A stretch of 63,382 nt of DNA, filler included, from Cercozoa sp. M6MM (GCA_040357565.1; 9 parts of 9 records of this genome joined end to end with filler, not necessarily neighbours in it); one strand, 5' to 3'; numbered from the whole stretch's first letter, positions 1 through 14,737 are shown. Numbers and translations: made by a program. The notes: generated by a model from the letters alone, not told the origin.

Positions 1-55
<55 letters not shown>

Positions 56-66
56 TGTGTGTGTAC

Positions 67-978
67 CAGAAGACGCGGTAAGCAAAATTCCGTTAGCCCA
101 GTGCGACGTCAGCACAGCACCACGATGACCTCGCAACTCGCGGCGTTCGCGCAACATGGGAGTCACGAGTTTCACCAAGCAGCTGCCTCGACAAAACACG
201 AGGAAACGGTCCAGCTTTGGCAAGTATTGGAGCCTCTACGCAGTGTTCAGTCGTCGCAAAATGTTGAATCCTTGAATGAAGCTAAGTTTATTATAAAATT
301 TACCTCGACAGGCGCAACGTGGAGCACTCTGTCCACGACTTTCGGGTTTGGCTCGCGCATAAACACTTGCTTTGCTACGAGACGCATTGTGCCTTCTTCT
401 TTGTGTTGTTCGACACGATTGGAAGCGATTTCAACCAGCGTCTCCACGAATTCGTCCCAGTCTACATTATCCTCAATTTCGCGATGCACGGGAGCAACGG
501 CTGCATACCCAAGTTTCCGTCTGCATTCACGTCAATGTCGGCGAATATTTGGCACTAAAGACTCAGTGCATTAAATTAGCCTAGTCCGCCATGTACCAAC
601 AAACTAAATTTACAGGTGGGCTAAGATACCAGCATTTGTGTAGTGTCATGATCGTCGCTGTGGATCCAATCGAACTCGTCCTCGCATACGCGAACAAAAG
701 CTGGGAGTGTCAGCGACATGTCTTCACCACGCGAGAAGCGACTTCGAAGCCGCGCCAACTTTCGTGCGTCCAGGTTCAGAATAAGTCTCATCCTACGTCT
801 TGCTAACTGTTCCAGATGGTTCGCGTACGACTGCGAAGCGACGCTGTGTAAACGAGAACATATCGACGCAGAAGCGACAGAGGGCTCCCCTCTGTTCCCC
901 GAGCTCCCTGACATACTGCGTTTTCGTCGAGGGTGGGCTAAACGCATCCCCTGCGCTTAACCTGTCCATTGCTCTCAT
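67..978 (-). CDS. EF-hand plus WD40-repeat protein, 5' part (runs off window start)
   Basis: Hand-spliced exons give CQIFADIDVNADGNLDWDEFVETL (canonical EF-hand loop) followed by ELRGHRGAVLTSHWANGILLTASS (start of a WD40 repeat). Start codon uncertain. Confidence 0.7.
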
Positions 979-1575
979 CCCAGAGAAACGCTGCAACTGA
1001 ACTGAAGTGGAGTATTTTTTCAAATCCTGTTCCGATCAAAACAAATGCGCAGTTGTTGTAATAGTAAATCGGCAGGCGTTGCTCCAAGCAGACCTTCTTC
1101 CTGCACCGGAAACTATAGCTGCATAGTTGGTTTCTCTGTAAACTGAACTAAACAACTAACTAGAGCGAGGCAGCGGCACGGTTGACAAAGTTTAGTCGAC
1201 ACAGTCGGGCCAGAGAAAAACACCTGCCCTTGCCAGGCCTTCTTCCTTGCAGGATTTTGACTGACCCCAGGGAAGAAACGCATCCAGTGTCCAAGCTAAT
1301 CAGCCACCGTCTGGATCGACCTGCCAGTTGGCTACAATTCAAACGTTGTCAAGGATGACTTGAAGAGTCACGGTTAGCCATCCATAAAAGTGCGTGTAGT
1401 GTTGTGCGCGAACTATTGAATATCTACGTGACATCGTGGCACTATTAATTCAATCGACGTCCGGTACGTCGTCGTGCTGTTCGAACCTTTCTGCCCTGGG
1501 AGTTGTTTCTGCTCTCCTGCTTCGAGCGTTGTTGCTTGTTTGGGACAGCAAGTTGTGCGTGATCTCGCATTAAGA

Positions 1576-3042
<1,467 letters not shown>

Positions 3043-3431
3043 GTGCACAGCCGTTGGTTGCCTCCACCTGTGTATGTAACTTTTCGTTCGTCTTTGCACT
3101 CGACCGGCAGTAGCGAACTCGACTGTTTTTTTGATTTATTTGATTCGATTCATACCGTACCGTGCCGTACGATACGAGTTGTCAGCGCAGTCGGGAACCC
3201 CTACGCTACCGCTACGCTATCGTCTGCCATATCGTCGGGTAAAAATAGTGAGCTGACGGACTGAGACAACAGTGTCGAGCTGATCTACTCCACCAAACAT
3301 AAGGCTTGGGTATTCTCAGTGAGATGATACTCCTTTTTGGCATGACTGGATGACTGAGATGCGCTTCCACGTGGAGCAAGCGGTCAGCCGAGTAGATAGA
3401 TATGTTAGCAGTAACAAACTTCCGAACTTCG

Positions 3432-4231
3432 CTAAGCTTCGTCGTTGTCCAAGTCGCTGTCCTCGCCAATGAGGTCTTCAACGGTACACCGCACGCGTGC
3501 CACGAACGAGCACTGTGCAGCAAGCCAGGTTGTGTAGGTCTAGCGTGTCCAAGTACAAGTGAGTAGTCAGTAGTTGAATAGTACCAAGGCACAGGGAACG
3601 ACGATATCGACGGGCTCGTCGAGCACACGGAGCACATCGGCGCGCGAAAGTCGCAGACGGAAGCGGCCGCCGCAGCGACATCGAGCCACGAACACTTGTT
3701 GACAAACATCGGCTACGATGTCTTCGACCTCGTCGTCCTCCTGCAACTGGTCGACTTCCTCACTCTGCTCAATCTCGTCCTCGCTGACGTCGTCGAGTTC
3801 CATTTCGCCTAGCGTCGTTTCGATCAGCACCAGGTCGGCCGACAACTGAGCGTCTGTACACACAGCAATTGGTTCAAGTGAATGTGTCAAGTTAATCTGC
3901 CCATGTGGTCACTGGTACTGTTGCGACGCCAGTCATACCTCCGCCTGCGATCAGAGTCACCCTGCGCACACTCAGTCGGCTTGGAGAAACGCACGAGAAA
4001 CTCCGCAAATAGTACCAATGTCTGCCAAGCCAAGTGCACGCGCCGAAACTGCGCAGGAGTGCCGCCGCGGTCGGGGTGTGCCCGCAGCACTGCCCGACGG
4101 TAGGCCTACGCCATACGTACCTCTGGCATCCGTGTACACTAGCACATCGATGAAGCAGACCGTACACTCTTGATTTCGGCCAACGAGGCACTTTCGGCCA
4201 CTTCGAGGATTTCGTACAAGTCCTCCTGCAT
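3432..4231 (-). CDS. DPH4: Diphthamide biosynthesis J-protein (DnaJ domain + CSL zinc finger)
   Basis: MQEDLYEILEV...AYRRAVLRAHPDRGG (J domain with HPD), then ARCRCGG...VVPCALCSF (CSL-type Zn finger). Confidence 0.85.
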
Positions 4232-4619
4232 CCTGGGATCGCACGGCGTGGTTACCGTCTGGTCGCTTATTGATTCCTGCGGTAAGCCCGCCAATTAAAC
4301 ACGCAGCAACTCACTTAACCAAAACTAATACACAGTTTTCACACACCCTCACTACACCGCCTGTCGATTACTGTCTATACATTTCTTTATGTTTACGGAT
4401 CGATTGTACCGATGCAAGGACCAAAGATTAACAGAAACCGAGCCCAGACAGGGCCTAATGGGTGGTTAAAGAGGTGTGCGGTAATTCCACAGATATACTA
4501 CTCCTGTTGTACTGCCACTGGCGCCGTTTTTAGACAACGGCGTAAAAAGTGACACTTTTTGGCGGAGGTACCGCCGACTGAAACTATAAACGTTTGTACA
4601 AAGAAAAACTTGAACTGCC

Positions 4620-7600
4620 ATGCTGTCGAGCGTCTGGCTCGCTAATTCGGTACTTGGTTTGAGTGCGACTTGTCTGGACTCGCGTTATGGTTTCTGCTGT
4701 TTGCACAAACGAAGGGCCAGCTGAAGAATGTTTGGTTGGCTGCCAACTGGGACCGCAAGGTAAAGCAAAAATGACAGCCGCGGTTTTTTTGACCTGTTTG
4801 AGACGTTGATTGTGTCGTTTAGGTTAAGAAAAAGGACGTACTGAAGACGGATCTTGTCAAGTAGACAATTTCTAGCCTCAATGGGCCCGCTCAAAGTGTG
4901 TGTTGGATCTGCCATCTGTGCAGGACATGCGACTCTCTGATGAAAGAAAAAGAGCCGATGGCTCTTCGACTTTCTGTACCATGTTTTCTTAAGGGTGTGT
5001 TGCTACAACATTGAACTGACTGACTGACTGACAGGGCACGCTGCTGCTGGGTGTGTCACGCATCTACAACAAGCAAGTCAAGTACCTCCACGAGGATGCC
5101 CATGCCGCGCTGTCCAAGGTGCGTCTGTGTCTGTGTCTGTTTGTATCTGATCATTGTACCTGTATCCATGTGCACCACCTGTGTCCATGTGCACCACCTG
5201 TGTCCATGTGCACCACCTGTGTCCATGTGTACCACCTGTGTGTCGACAGGTGCGAAACGCCAAGCGCAAGAAGGCGGTGGACCTGCCGCCTGAGCGCGCT
5301 ACAGCGGCCGCCGCGGCCATCGACCTGCACGACAACGTAGCCTTAATAAAACATGAGTCCATTTGGACCACTGTTTGGACCACAACACTATGTGAATGGC
5401 TGTACGTACAGGCCATGGTACTGGAGGAGGACATGCACGACGAACTCGGTTTGGCCGATCTCGACATGCTGGCCAGGGTAGACCCTCCCGCTTAATTAGC
5501 ATATCGGTGTGTGTCCATATGTACCGTACACATGTACACAGGAGGACCCTCTGGGTCTGACCGAGGCAGGAGCGCACGTGGCACGCGAGCAGGACCTCGT
5601 GCTGCGCGAGTCGATGTCGCAGTCCTCGCTCGATTTGGGCGACCAGTCGCAGCACCTGGCTGGTGCGTTTCTGTGCCTTTACCCCCCTACCCCCTGTCCC
5701 CTCTTACCCCCTGTTAACCCCCCTGTTAACCCCCCTGATAACCCCCCTGTTAACCCCTCTGTTAACCCCTCTGTTAACCCCNNNNNNNNNNNNNNNNNNN
5801 NNNNNNNNNNNNNNNNNNNNNNNNNNNNNNNNNNNNNNNNNNNNNNNNNNNNNNNNNNNNNNNNNNNNNNNNNNNNNNNNNCCCCCCCCCCCGTGGCACA
5901 GAGGACGTGCTGGGCGACGACCTGTTGGCGCTGCAGTCGGACGCGCGTGCCGTGGCGGCCGACCTGGGCATTGAGGATCTCATGATGGGACACGACGCCT
6001 TTGCCGACATGTACACTGCTTTTCCTCTCTGTATATCTGTGTGTATATAAGTGTATTAGTATATGTGTATATATGTATATATGTATATGCGTATATATAC
6101 ATGCATACATATATATATATATATAATGTATGTATATGTGCTTGTGCGATACAGGAGCGACCCAGGTGTTGCACGTGACGCCACTGCACAGTACTCCTTT
6201 CCCCTCATCGACCAACTCACCCACCTAGTCCATGTGTGTAAGTGTGTGTGTAAGTGTGTGTGTAAGTGTGTGTGAGTGAGTGTGCGTGTGTGTGTGCAGA
6301 GGAGGCGAAACCACCATGGCGCTGCAGGTTGACGACACTGCACTGCACAAGGGTACATTTGTACCGTCCATATGGACTTGAGTCCTGATGGTATCGCCAC
6401 CTGGATAGATGATCATACGGCCGACATTGACCTGCCCGAGATCGACATGCCCGATATCCAAGGCGACATGCACCTCCAGGCAGCTCCCATGGTATCCTAC
6501 CCCCCCCCCTTTACCCCCCTTAAAGAGAGCTGACCTTGCCTATTGCAGGAAGTCGATATGCCCGAAATCGACATGCCTGAGATCGACGACGGCGCTCTTG
6601 TTCCGGCCACTCCGGCTGCTGGTACCCTACCCTACCCTACCCTACCCTACCCTACCCTACCCTACCCTACCCTACCCTACCCTACCCTACCCTACCCTAC
6701 CCTGCCCTACCCTACCCTACCCTACCCTACCCTACCCTACCCTACCCTACACCTACCCTACCCTACCCTACCCTACCCTACGCCACCCACCTACCCTACT
6801 CTACCCCTACTGCTACCTTACCCTACCCCACCCACCTACTCTACCACTACCCTTTCCCCTACCTACCCTACCACAACCCCTACCTAGAGACCGAGGAGGA
6901 ACGAGCACGCCGACTGAACGCACTGCCACCAGGCGTGCTGCCCGACCACCAGTTGCTCACTGTAGTCTGCCTGGATTTTACCCCCCCCCCCCTTAGGTGA
7001 CACGAACTTGTGTTAATGCGTAGCAACAAGACACACAGCAAGAGCGTCGCAAGCGGTACTCTTTCTGGGGGGGTGAACCATCCATATGAGTGTCTGCACG
7101 CACAGTCGCCGACTGGAGCGACTGCAGAAAAAGACGCAGATCGCGGACGAGCAGTTCCGACAGCAACTCGGCGATGTCACCGACATTGTCGGACGGCAGC
7201 GCATCGATCTCACCGTCGATCAGGCTGAGGTATCCACTGGAGACACGTGGGACATGTGGGACACTTGAGTCACGTGGGTCTATCACATGGGTGTGTCACG
7301 TGCGCAGGCGCAGATGACACTGGACGAGCGACTGGCGCGACCGCCGCCGCTGCTGAGCGACGGCATGGCGCCCGAGCTGCTCCAGATGTTCTCCGACATT
7401 GTCGGTCAGCGGTATGTATGTTTATATATGTATATTATATATATATATATATATATATATGTCTATATATTATGTACATATATGTCTATATATTTATGTC
7501 CATGCGTAGTCTCAAACTGAACGACCTGGTGCAGCAGTCGGCCGAGCAGCAGGAGAGGGAGCAGGCCGAGCTGCCCGAGATCGACATGCCGGATATCGAC

Positions 7601-8568
7601 ATGCCCGAGGTCGATCTGGAGCAGCCCAATGTACTGTCATCCCCTGCCTCTATCCCCCTCTCTCTCTCTCCCAATCCCGTCGGACCCCTTGACTATCGCT
7701 CCTGGTGTCGCACAGGTGGACATGCCAGAGATCGACATGCCCGAAATCGACTTGCCCGAGATCGACATGCCGGAGGAAGGTCCTCTCCAAGTCGACGCCG
7801 GTCTCGGCCTCAGCGCCAATGCTATCGGTATTGTTAGTGTCCGTACACATATATGTGTCGATAATATGTATACACACGCACACACGCACAACACATATAT
7901 ATATATATATATGTATGCAGCTAGATAAATATGAGTATGATATGAACACAGCTGGCGACGACCTGGACGGCACAGCCATGACGCTGGCCGACATGACGCG
8001 CTTCGAACTCACCGACGCCGCACTGGCCGAGGAGCAGCAGAATGATGAGGTGCTTTTAACCCCTCGCCCTCCTTTGGACACCATTGCACCCTCCTCCTTG
8101 TACAGGCACTGTTCCGAGAGTCGACGCTGGCTGAGACCAAGCGCAGTCGTCGCGCCGGGTGGTCGCAGCGCACCGAGGGCATGTTCCAGTTCATGCGACG
8201 GCAGGAGGGCCAGCAGATGCACTACTTCGACCTCGTGAAAGGTGCCGCACACCTCTCTGGCCTCCTCTATGGCCTTCTCTCTGAGTCGACTTTTTGTAAC
8301 CCCTGCACAGGCCAAAGTCGCCGCACAGCTGTCGGCGTCTTCTACGAACTGCTCGTTCTGCAGAACAACGGCTTTGTGGCACTGGCGCAGCAGGAGCCCT
8401 ACAGCGACATTGAGGTAGTGCTACCCCCTTCGACCTTCCCCCTTCTCCCTTCTCCCTTCTCCCTTCCCCCTCGCTCTGTCCTTTTGCACGAGCTCTCTTT
8501 TTGCTCCCCAGGTGGCCAAGACGGAGCGCTTCCACGACGCGGCTGACGAGATGCTCGATGGCGAGTAG
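4620..8568 (+). CDS. RAD21: Cohesin alpha-kleisin of the Rad21/Rec8 family
   Basis: N-terminal GQLKNVWLAANWDRK...PMALRLSGTLLLGVSRIYNKQVKYL; C-terminal winged helix SRRTAVGVFYELLVLQNNGFVALAQQEPYSDIEV. Spans a 100-N gap. RAD21 versus REC8 not resolved. Confidence 0.92.
6625..6885. repeat. (CCCTA)n pentanucleotide tandem repeat in a RAD21 intron
   Basis: About 30 near-perfect ccctac units decaying into degenerate copies. Confidence 0.95.
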
Positions 8569-8621
8569 ATGCCGTGAAGGATTCTAGTGCTAACCTTGAG
8601 CCAGTTTAAACCATAGCGAAA

Positions 8622-8858
8622 CTGTTACCACAGCCTTTAGTAATTCCAGCTCTGGCAGTGCAAAAAGAGTACAAAGCCAGGAAAAAGACCAAAGGAACAG
8701 ATCGTCAGTAGACGCAGTCAGTTCAGCTGTAGTAGTTTCCCAAAGACAGGGTCGGCAACGCACAGGAGGAACGGAAAAAATACTCTCTGTGCTGGGAATG
8801 CAGCAACAAGCGATGACATGTGCGTGCAAGGACTGGAGCCTGGCTGTAGAGAGCAATC
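8622..8858. repeat. Dispersed repeat: half-copy of the foldback element at 14279-14737
   Basis: 8622-8770 aligns by eye with 14506-14670; 8783-8843 is the reverse complement of 14279-14340. Confidence 0.8.
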
Positions 8859-9006
8859 TACTACCCCGGTTAAAAGGGGATCCTGAATGAGTGTGCGTCG
8901 GTGTGTACTGGCAGATGAACGGGGCGGGTACGTCGATGAGTTTTTGTTTCAGACCAGAATAGGTGCGCGTAAGGAACGGACGCAGCAAAGACAAGGCATG
9001 AGCGAC

Positions 9007-10000
9007 TTAGAAGAGGCCGCCGAAGCCCATCTCCTCCTCGGACTCCTCCTCCTCTTCTTCCTCCTCGACAACGGCCTCCTCCTCGACAACGGCCTCCTCG
9101 ACGGCGAAGGCCTCCGGGTTCTCGAGCATCTCCTTGAACATCTTGGCCTCCTCGAAGACGTAGTCCGTCGTGGCCACGATGGCGAGGATCTTCTTGTAGG
9201 CGCGACGCAGCGAGTGCGGGATCGAGGCGATCGTCGGGTAGCCGAGCTCGAGCGAGATGGCAGCCACGTGCGACACACCGCGGAAGAACTTGTTGAGCAG
9301 GTCGTCCTCGCTGAGGTCGAGCACGGCCGGGTCGTACAGCATGCCGTCGTCAAAGACCTGGAGCGGCACCAGACCGTAGGCGAACGGCTTCAGGTTCAGC
9401 TTGGCCAGCAGCGACGACTCGGACTCACCGACCTTGTCGCCCGGCGTCAGCAGGTGCACCTTCGACACGATCTCGATCTGACCGCGCACGATCTTCGTGG
9501 CAATGTTCATGGCCTGGAAGAAGGCCGTCTGACCCGGGTCCATGCCCGTCGGGCCTGGCGGCACGAACACGTCGCACGGCGCGATGGCACCAGCGCGGGC
9601 CGGGGCCGGCTGACGGTTCTCGAGCACCTTGGTGCGCACCTGCCCAAGCACACATCCACATAGACTAGACTACACACATATCCATAGACAAGATCGTGTA
9701 AAGTACATCCTTGATGTCCTCGTTGGTGAAGATGAGACCAACGTTGCCGACGATCTGCTCGATGAGCGGCACGTACTCGGTGCGGCCGGACTCCTCAACC
9801 CAGTTGCGGAGCACACGGCGCATCATCGTGTTCTTGCCCATGATGATCTCGGCCTGACCGCGCAGAGCGATACGCACCTCGGCCATCTGGTTCGAGCCGA
9901 CGTTGTCGCAGTGCACGAGCAGCACCTTCGAGAACTCCTCGACAAGGCCAACAAGGCGCTTGCCGTAGTCAATCTTCTTCTGGGAGACGCGGCCGGACAT
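9007..10000 (-). CDS. RPLP0: 60S acidic ribosomal protein P0 (uL10), two coding exons
   Basis: VHCDNVGSNQMAEVRIALRG..IIMGKNTMMRR, PARAGAIAPCDVFVPPGPTGMDPGQTAFFQAM, C-terminal EESEEEMGFGGLF; intron at about 9641-9706. Confidence 0.98.
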
Positions 10001-10378
10001 TTCAAGATTTAAGGTTTCCCCCAAACACGCTCTGCGCAAACAACACATAGAATCGGCATTCAACAAGGCATGGTCACGGCACACAAACACTCACACAAAC
10101 ACGCACAGCACAGCCGGCATACGGCAAAGCGTGCTTTGCAAAAACACGCAAAACACGAAAATCCACACCACGCGCTTCCACAGCACGGGACTTGCTGAGG
10201 CTCAACTTACGAACGCACGAAAGGTCTGAAATGAATGTGTGGCGAAACCGCGCGACTTTTTTGTTTTTTGGTCGTGCAGCGCTCCGTCCGGGTCGGAACG
10301 CTGGGTACAAAAAATTTGAAAAATAACACTCCGCGATTTTGCTGAAACCCTATTGGGCAGACGTTGCTGAGAAACAAA
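10001..10378. promoter_or_regulatory. Probable bidirectional promoter of RPLP0 and RPS12
   Basis: 378 bp separate the divergent start codons of two ribosomal protein genes. Confidence 0.6.
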
Positions 10379-10989
10379 ATGGCTGACGAGTACGTTGTTC
10401 TGCTGGGCTGCAGAGCCCTATGTGCGATTTTCGCGCGCTGGGCGTTATTTTTTATCCCGTGCGTGTGTACGCGGTGTTGTGTGCGTAATTTGGGTGTGTT
10501 ATGTGTTTTTGGCGCGCAGGGTTGTTGCCGAGGTTCCCGTGACGGAGGAAGCCCCCAAGGTGCTCACCACCGACGAGGCCCTTGAGCAGACGCTCAAGAT
10601 CTCGCTCGCGTCCGGCGGTGTCGCCCGTGGTGCGTTCTTTGTGTTTTTATGGTGTCCCAATGTGTCCCAGTTAAAGTTGTGATCTGATCGCAGGTGCCAA
10701 GGAGGCCATCAAGGCCCTTGACCGCGGTGTCGGCAAGCTGTGCCTGCTCGCCTCGGACTGCGATAAGCCGGAGATCGAGAAGCTCGTCCGCGCTCTGTGC
10801 GAGGCGCGCAACGTGCCGATCATGCTGAACACGCGTCAGGAGATCGGCCGCATGTGCGGCCAGACGCGCGTGCTCGTCGAGACCGGTGAGGTCAAGAAGA
10901 TCATCGGCTGCTCGGTTGCCGTCATCACCAAGTACGGCCGTCAGACTGACGCCCGCAGCATGCTCCTGCAGCACCTCGCCTCGCAGTAA
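10379..10989 (+). CDS. RPS12: 40S ribosomal protein S12 (eS12), three exons
   Basis: ALEQTLKISLASGGVARGAKEAIKALDRGVGKLCLLASDCDKPEIEKLVRALC...KKIIGCSVAVITKYG. Confidence 0.95.
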
Positions 10990-11277
10990 AATACCTCTCT
11001 CTGCGGCAGGCGAGCGATGTAGCTTCTTGATTTAGCTGTTACACAGCTAGTCGCGAACTGCTTTAACTCAGTCAAGTAGAACAAGCGTTGATCCGTGGAA
11101 CTGGCTGATTGACCGACCAAGGCAGCGTTGGCTGAGAGGTTTGCAGGACGGCGTTACAGCACCAGCACTGCGTTTCTGGGGCATTTATGGGACCCGGGCA
11201 GCGTTGTAGACAAGAGAGTTTTGTTTCAGATTCGCAAGTTGAATCAAACTGAACTTTGGAGAAGTGAAACTGAAGTG

Positions 11278-13215
11278 CTACAGCAGAGTGACGCCGAGCA
11301 TGTAGGCGCAGGTATCGGCGCCGTCACCGAGCTGCTCCGTGTCCACGCGCCAGCGGCAGCGCAGTCGTGCGCAGGTGTCCTCGTCGCTCGCGCTGCTCCT
11401 GTTGCAGATGCAAAATCGTATGCCACAATCGTGCATCTGGGTCGAAAACACAGACTACGCAATGGCTTGCTCGGCATCGTTGAGAGCGGCGGCGAGTGTC
11501 TGCAAATCGCCTTTGTCGCCCGGTCGCACCGCCGGCAGACTCGGCTCCTCGGCGCACCTCGTCCGAGTCTCCTCTGCCGCCTGCCTCTCTGTCTCTGTCT
11601 CTGTCTCTGTCTCTGTCTCTGTCTCTGCCTTTGGCTCGTCACCCTCGCTCAGTGCACGCACACCTGGGGGAGGGGGGTAAGGGGTACACATGGGAGGGAA
11701 TAAACAGGGGAATAAACAGGAGAGTAAACAGGGGGTAAAGGCACCATGCAGCACCGCCTGCAGCTGCGCGAGCGCACCGTCACCATCTGTTCGATCACCG
11801 TCCTGACCATCTGTTCGATCACCGTCCTGACCGTCTGTTCGATCACCGTCCTGACCGTCGTCCGGACCGTCGTTGCTGTGGCCACTCTGCTGACGGTGCC
11901 GACGCAACACGGCCACACTGGACGACGCCAGCGGCAACATGCGGCTGGGGAGAGGGTAAGGTATAAAGAATGTTAGGGGGAGGGTAGAACACACCGAGCC
12001 GCCTCTTGCTGTATGGCAGCGACGCGGGCCTCCAGGTCGTCGTCCTGCTCGCGGTCCGACGACGACTCCAGCGGCACCGGCGACTCCGAAAATGACAGCT
12101 CGCGCGTCGGCTTTCGCGTGCCTACGTAGCCTCCCAACTTCATCCCCCACTTTACCCCCCCCCCCCCGCCCTTCGATACCCCCTTACCCCCTCTTTACCC
12201 CCCTCCCCACTCCAGAGATACCGATCGTGTAGGCGAACGTGCCGACGGCGGCGAAGGCTCCGTCAAAGACGACGCGTTACTTTGCTGTGCCGTCTCTTGA
12301 GCTAGAGGGGGTAAAAAGGAGGGGAGTGAGGGTGGGGGTAGGGTAAAGAGGGTGGGGAGCAAAGCGGGTGGGGGAAGAGGGGTAAAGAGGGGGGTAAAGA
12401 TACTCTCAGCATCGGCAGCGAGCAGAGCCACAAAATCGTGCGTCTCGTTATTCGCCAATCCAAGCGCCTGCAGGGATAAAGGGAGGTAAGGGAGGTAATG
12501 GGTAAAGAGCGAAGGGGGTAAAACCTTGCACAGCTCGGGCATGCGGCGCAGTCGCGTGTTTTGTAAAAGCGCCTCCAGCCACTGCTGCAGCTCCTCGTGC
12601 CTGGAGACGGAAAAAGGGGAGAGTTAAGGGCAGGAGAGCAATGGTAAGGGTAAAAAGATAAAGGGTTACAAGGTGGGGNNNNNNNNNNNNNNNNNNNNNN
12701 NNNNNNNNNNNNNNNNNNNNNNNNNNNNNNNNNNNNNNNNNNNNNNNNNNNNNNNNNNNNNNNNNNNNNNNNNNNNNNCCCCCCCGCGCCGGTGGGCTGG
12801 GGGGTCTTCGGGGGGTAATGGGGGGGAAGGGGGGGGGGGGGGTAAAGCTGCTACCGCATCTGCTGCTTGTCGCGCCGCCGAAAGTTCGTAAACAAGTGTT
12901 TTGACGGAAACTCTGGGATAGCCTGGCCTGAACCAGCACGTGTCTTATAAGTACCATCAGTTAGCACGTGTCCAATTGCACGTGACCCAGTTGGCACGTG
13001 TTAGTACCACTAAGGAAGGGGATACCCTTGAAAGCCTTACGCAGGGCGCCACTCTCCAGCAGTGTCTCGTGCACGCGCTGCCACCGACTGAACCGGTTCG
13101 ACAGCTGCACCGTTACCTCGGCTGTCACCACGTGCAGCTCGAAACCGTAGAACACGACGGGACGACCGTCAACAGTGCGCTCCTCCGCCTCGGTCAAGTA
13201 GACCTCCACTGGCAT
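11278..13215 (-). CDS. PX (phox homology) domain protein with low-complexity C-terminus
   Basis: VVFYGFEL...NRFSRWQRVHETL...IPEFPSKHLF...RHEELQQWLEALL fits the PX pattern; includes a 24-bp tandem repeat (DGQDGDRT) and an (ET)n tract. Confidence 0.75.
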
Positions 13216-13405
13216 TTCTCACTCTGCCCGAAATCACCTGTGTAAGCCTCCAGACTGATGCCAACGCTAAACTCACTGCACTAAAGTGCCCGTTCGCACG
13301 CTTGGCCTCGCAGCTTGATCTCTGTGCTCTTTTTCTGTTTTTCCGGCGCTCACTGACCGTGATTAGACTGCTCATCACTGTGTGTCAGAGTGTGTTCTTA
13401 CTCTT

Positions 13406-13978
<573 letters not shown>

Positions 13979-14278
13979 TCGCTTCAGTTGCGATCGCTCA
14001 AGCCTGTCTTGTCACTAAGGAGCTCACATATGCACCGAAAGAGTGTCCAGTTAGTTAAGTGTTACGAAATGATATTCTCCACCCGGTCAGTCAGGCCTGT
14101 CCGAGTTCTGGTGTTCTGCGTGGGCGCAGGGGAAGTCACTAGTGACTAAGGACCCTTAGAGAGTGGTTGTATTGTTTGTCTGGTACCCTGGTCTTCTCAA
14201 GGTGTTGCTCGCCTTACCTTGTGCTTGGTAGACCTCGAAAGAGCTTAAATTGCTTCCTTTCCAGAAAAGGCCACCTCT

Positions 14279-14737
14279 CCAGGCCCCTGTCCTTGCACTC
14301 CCACGTAATCGCTTGCTGCTGCCTTCCCCGCACAGGGAGTCTTTATGTACGTTCTTCCCTCTCCTTCCTTTCTTATTCTGAATACTGCCGGGCATCTCTT
14401 CCTTCCTGAACAGTCTATCTTACTGTAACTAGCTTTATACTTCATGTCGATTCGCTTTGTTCCTTTTTAGTCTTGTTCCTGGCCTCGTACTCTTTTGGTA
14501 CATATGTTACCGCAGCCTTTCAGAAATTGAGGCTTTGGTAGTGCAAAAGAGTACTATGCCAGGAAAAAGACTAAAGAAACAAATGGAATCGATGTGAAGA
14601 AGAATTGAGTCAGTAGACGTAGTCAGTTCAGATGTAGTTACCCCAAGATAGGGTCGGCAAAGTACAGGAAGTAGACTGGTCGGGAAGGATGAGAGGCCCG
14701 GTAGTCAGAAGAAGGAAGGAAGGAGAAGGAGGGACGT
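14279..14737. mobile_element. Foldback/MITE-like imperfect palindrome, truncated by scaffold end
   Basis: Arms 14349-14518 and 14530-14737 are reverse complements around a loop near 14519-14529; a second partial copy lies at 8622-8858. Termini and TSD not visible. Confidence 0.6.

Noticed and set aside
5158-5240. 19-bp tandem repeat in a RAD21 intron, and the similar 31215-31325 repeat in DUS1
   Set aside because: Local slippage minisatellites with no further structure.
8887-9663. 258-aa plus-strand ORF, and similar antisense ORFs at 25089-25919 and 49651-50358
   Set aside because: Antisense shadows of codon-biased real genes (RPLP0, CFAP210-like, ELYS-like).
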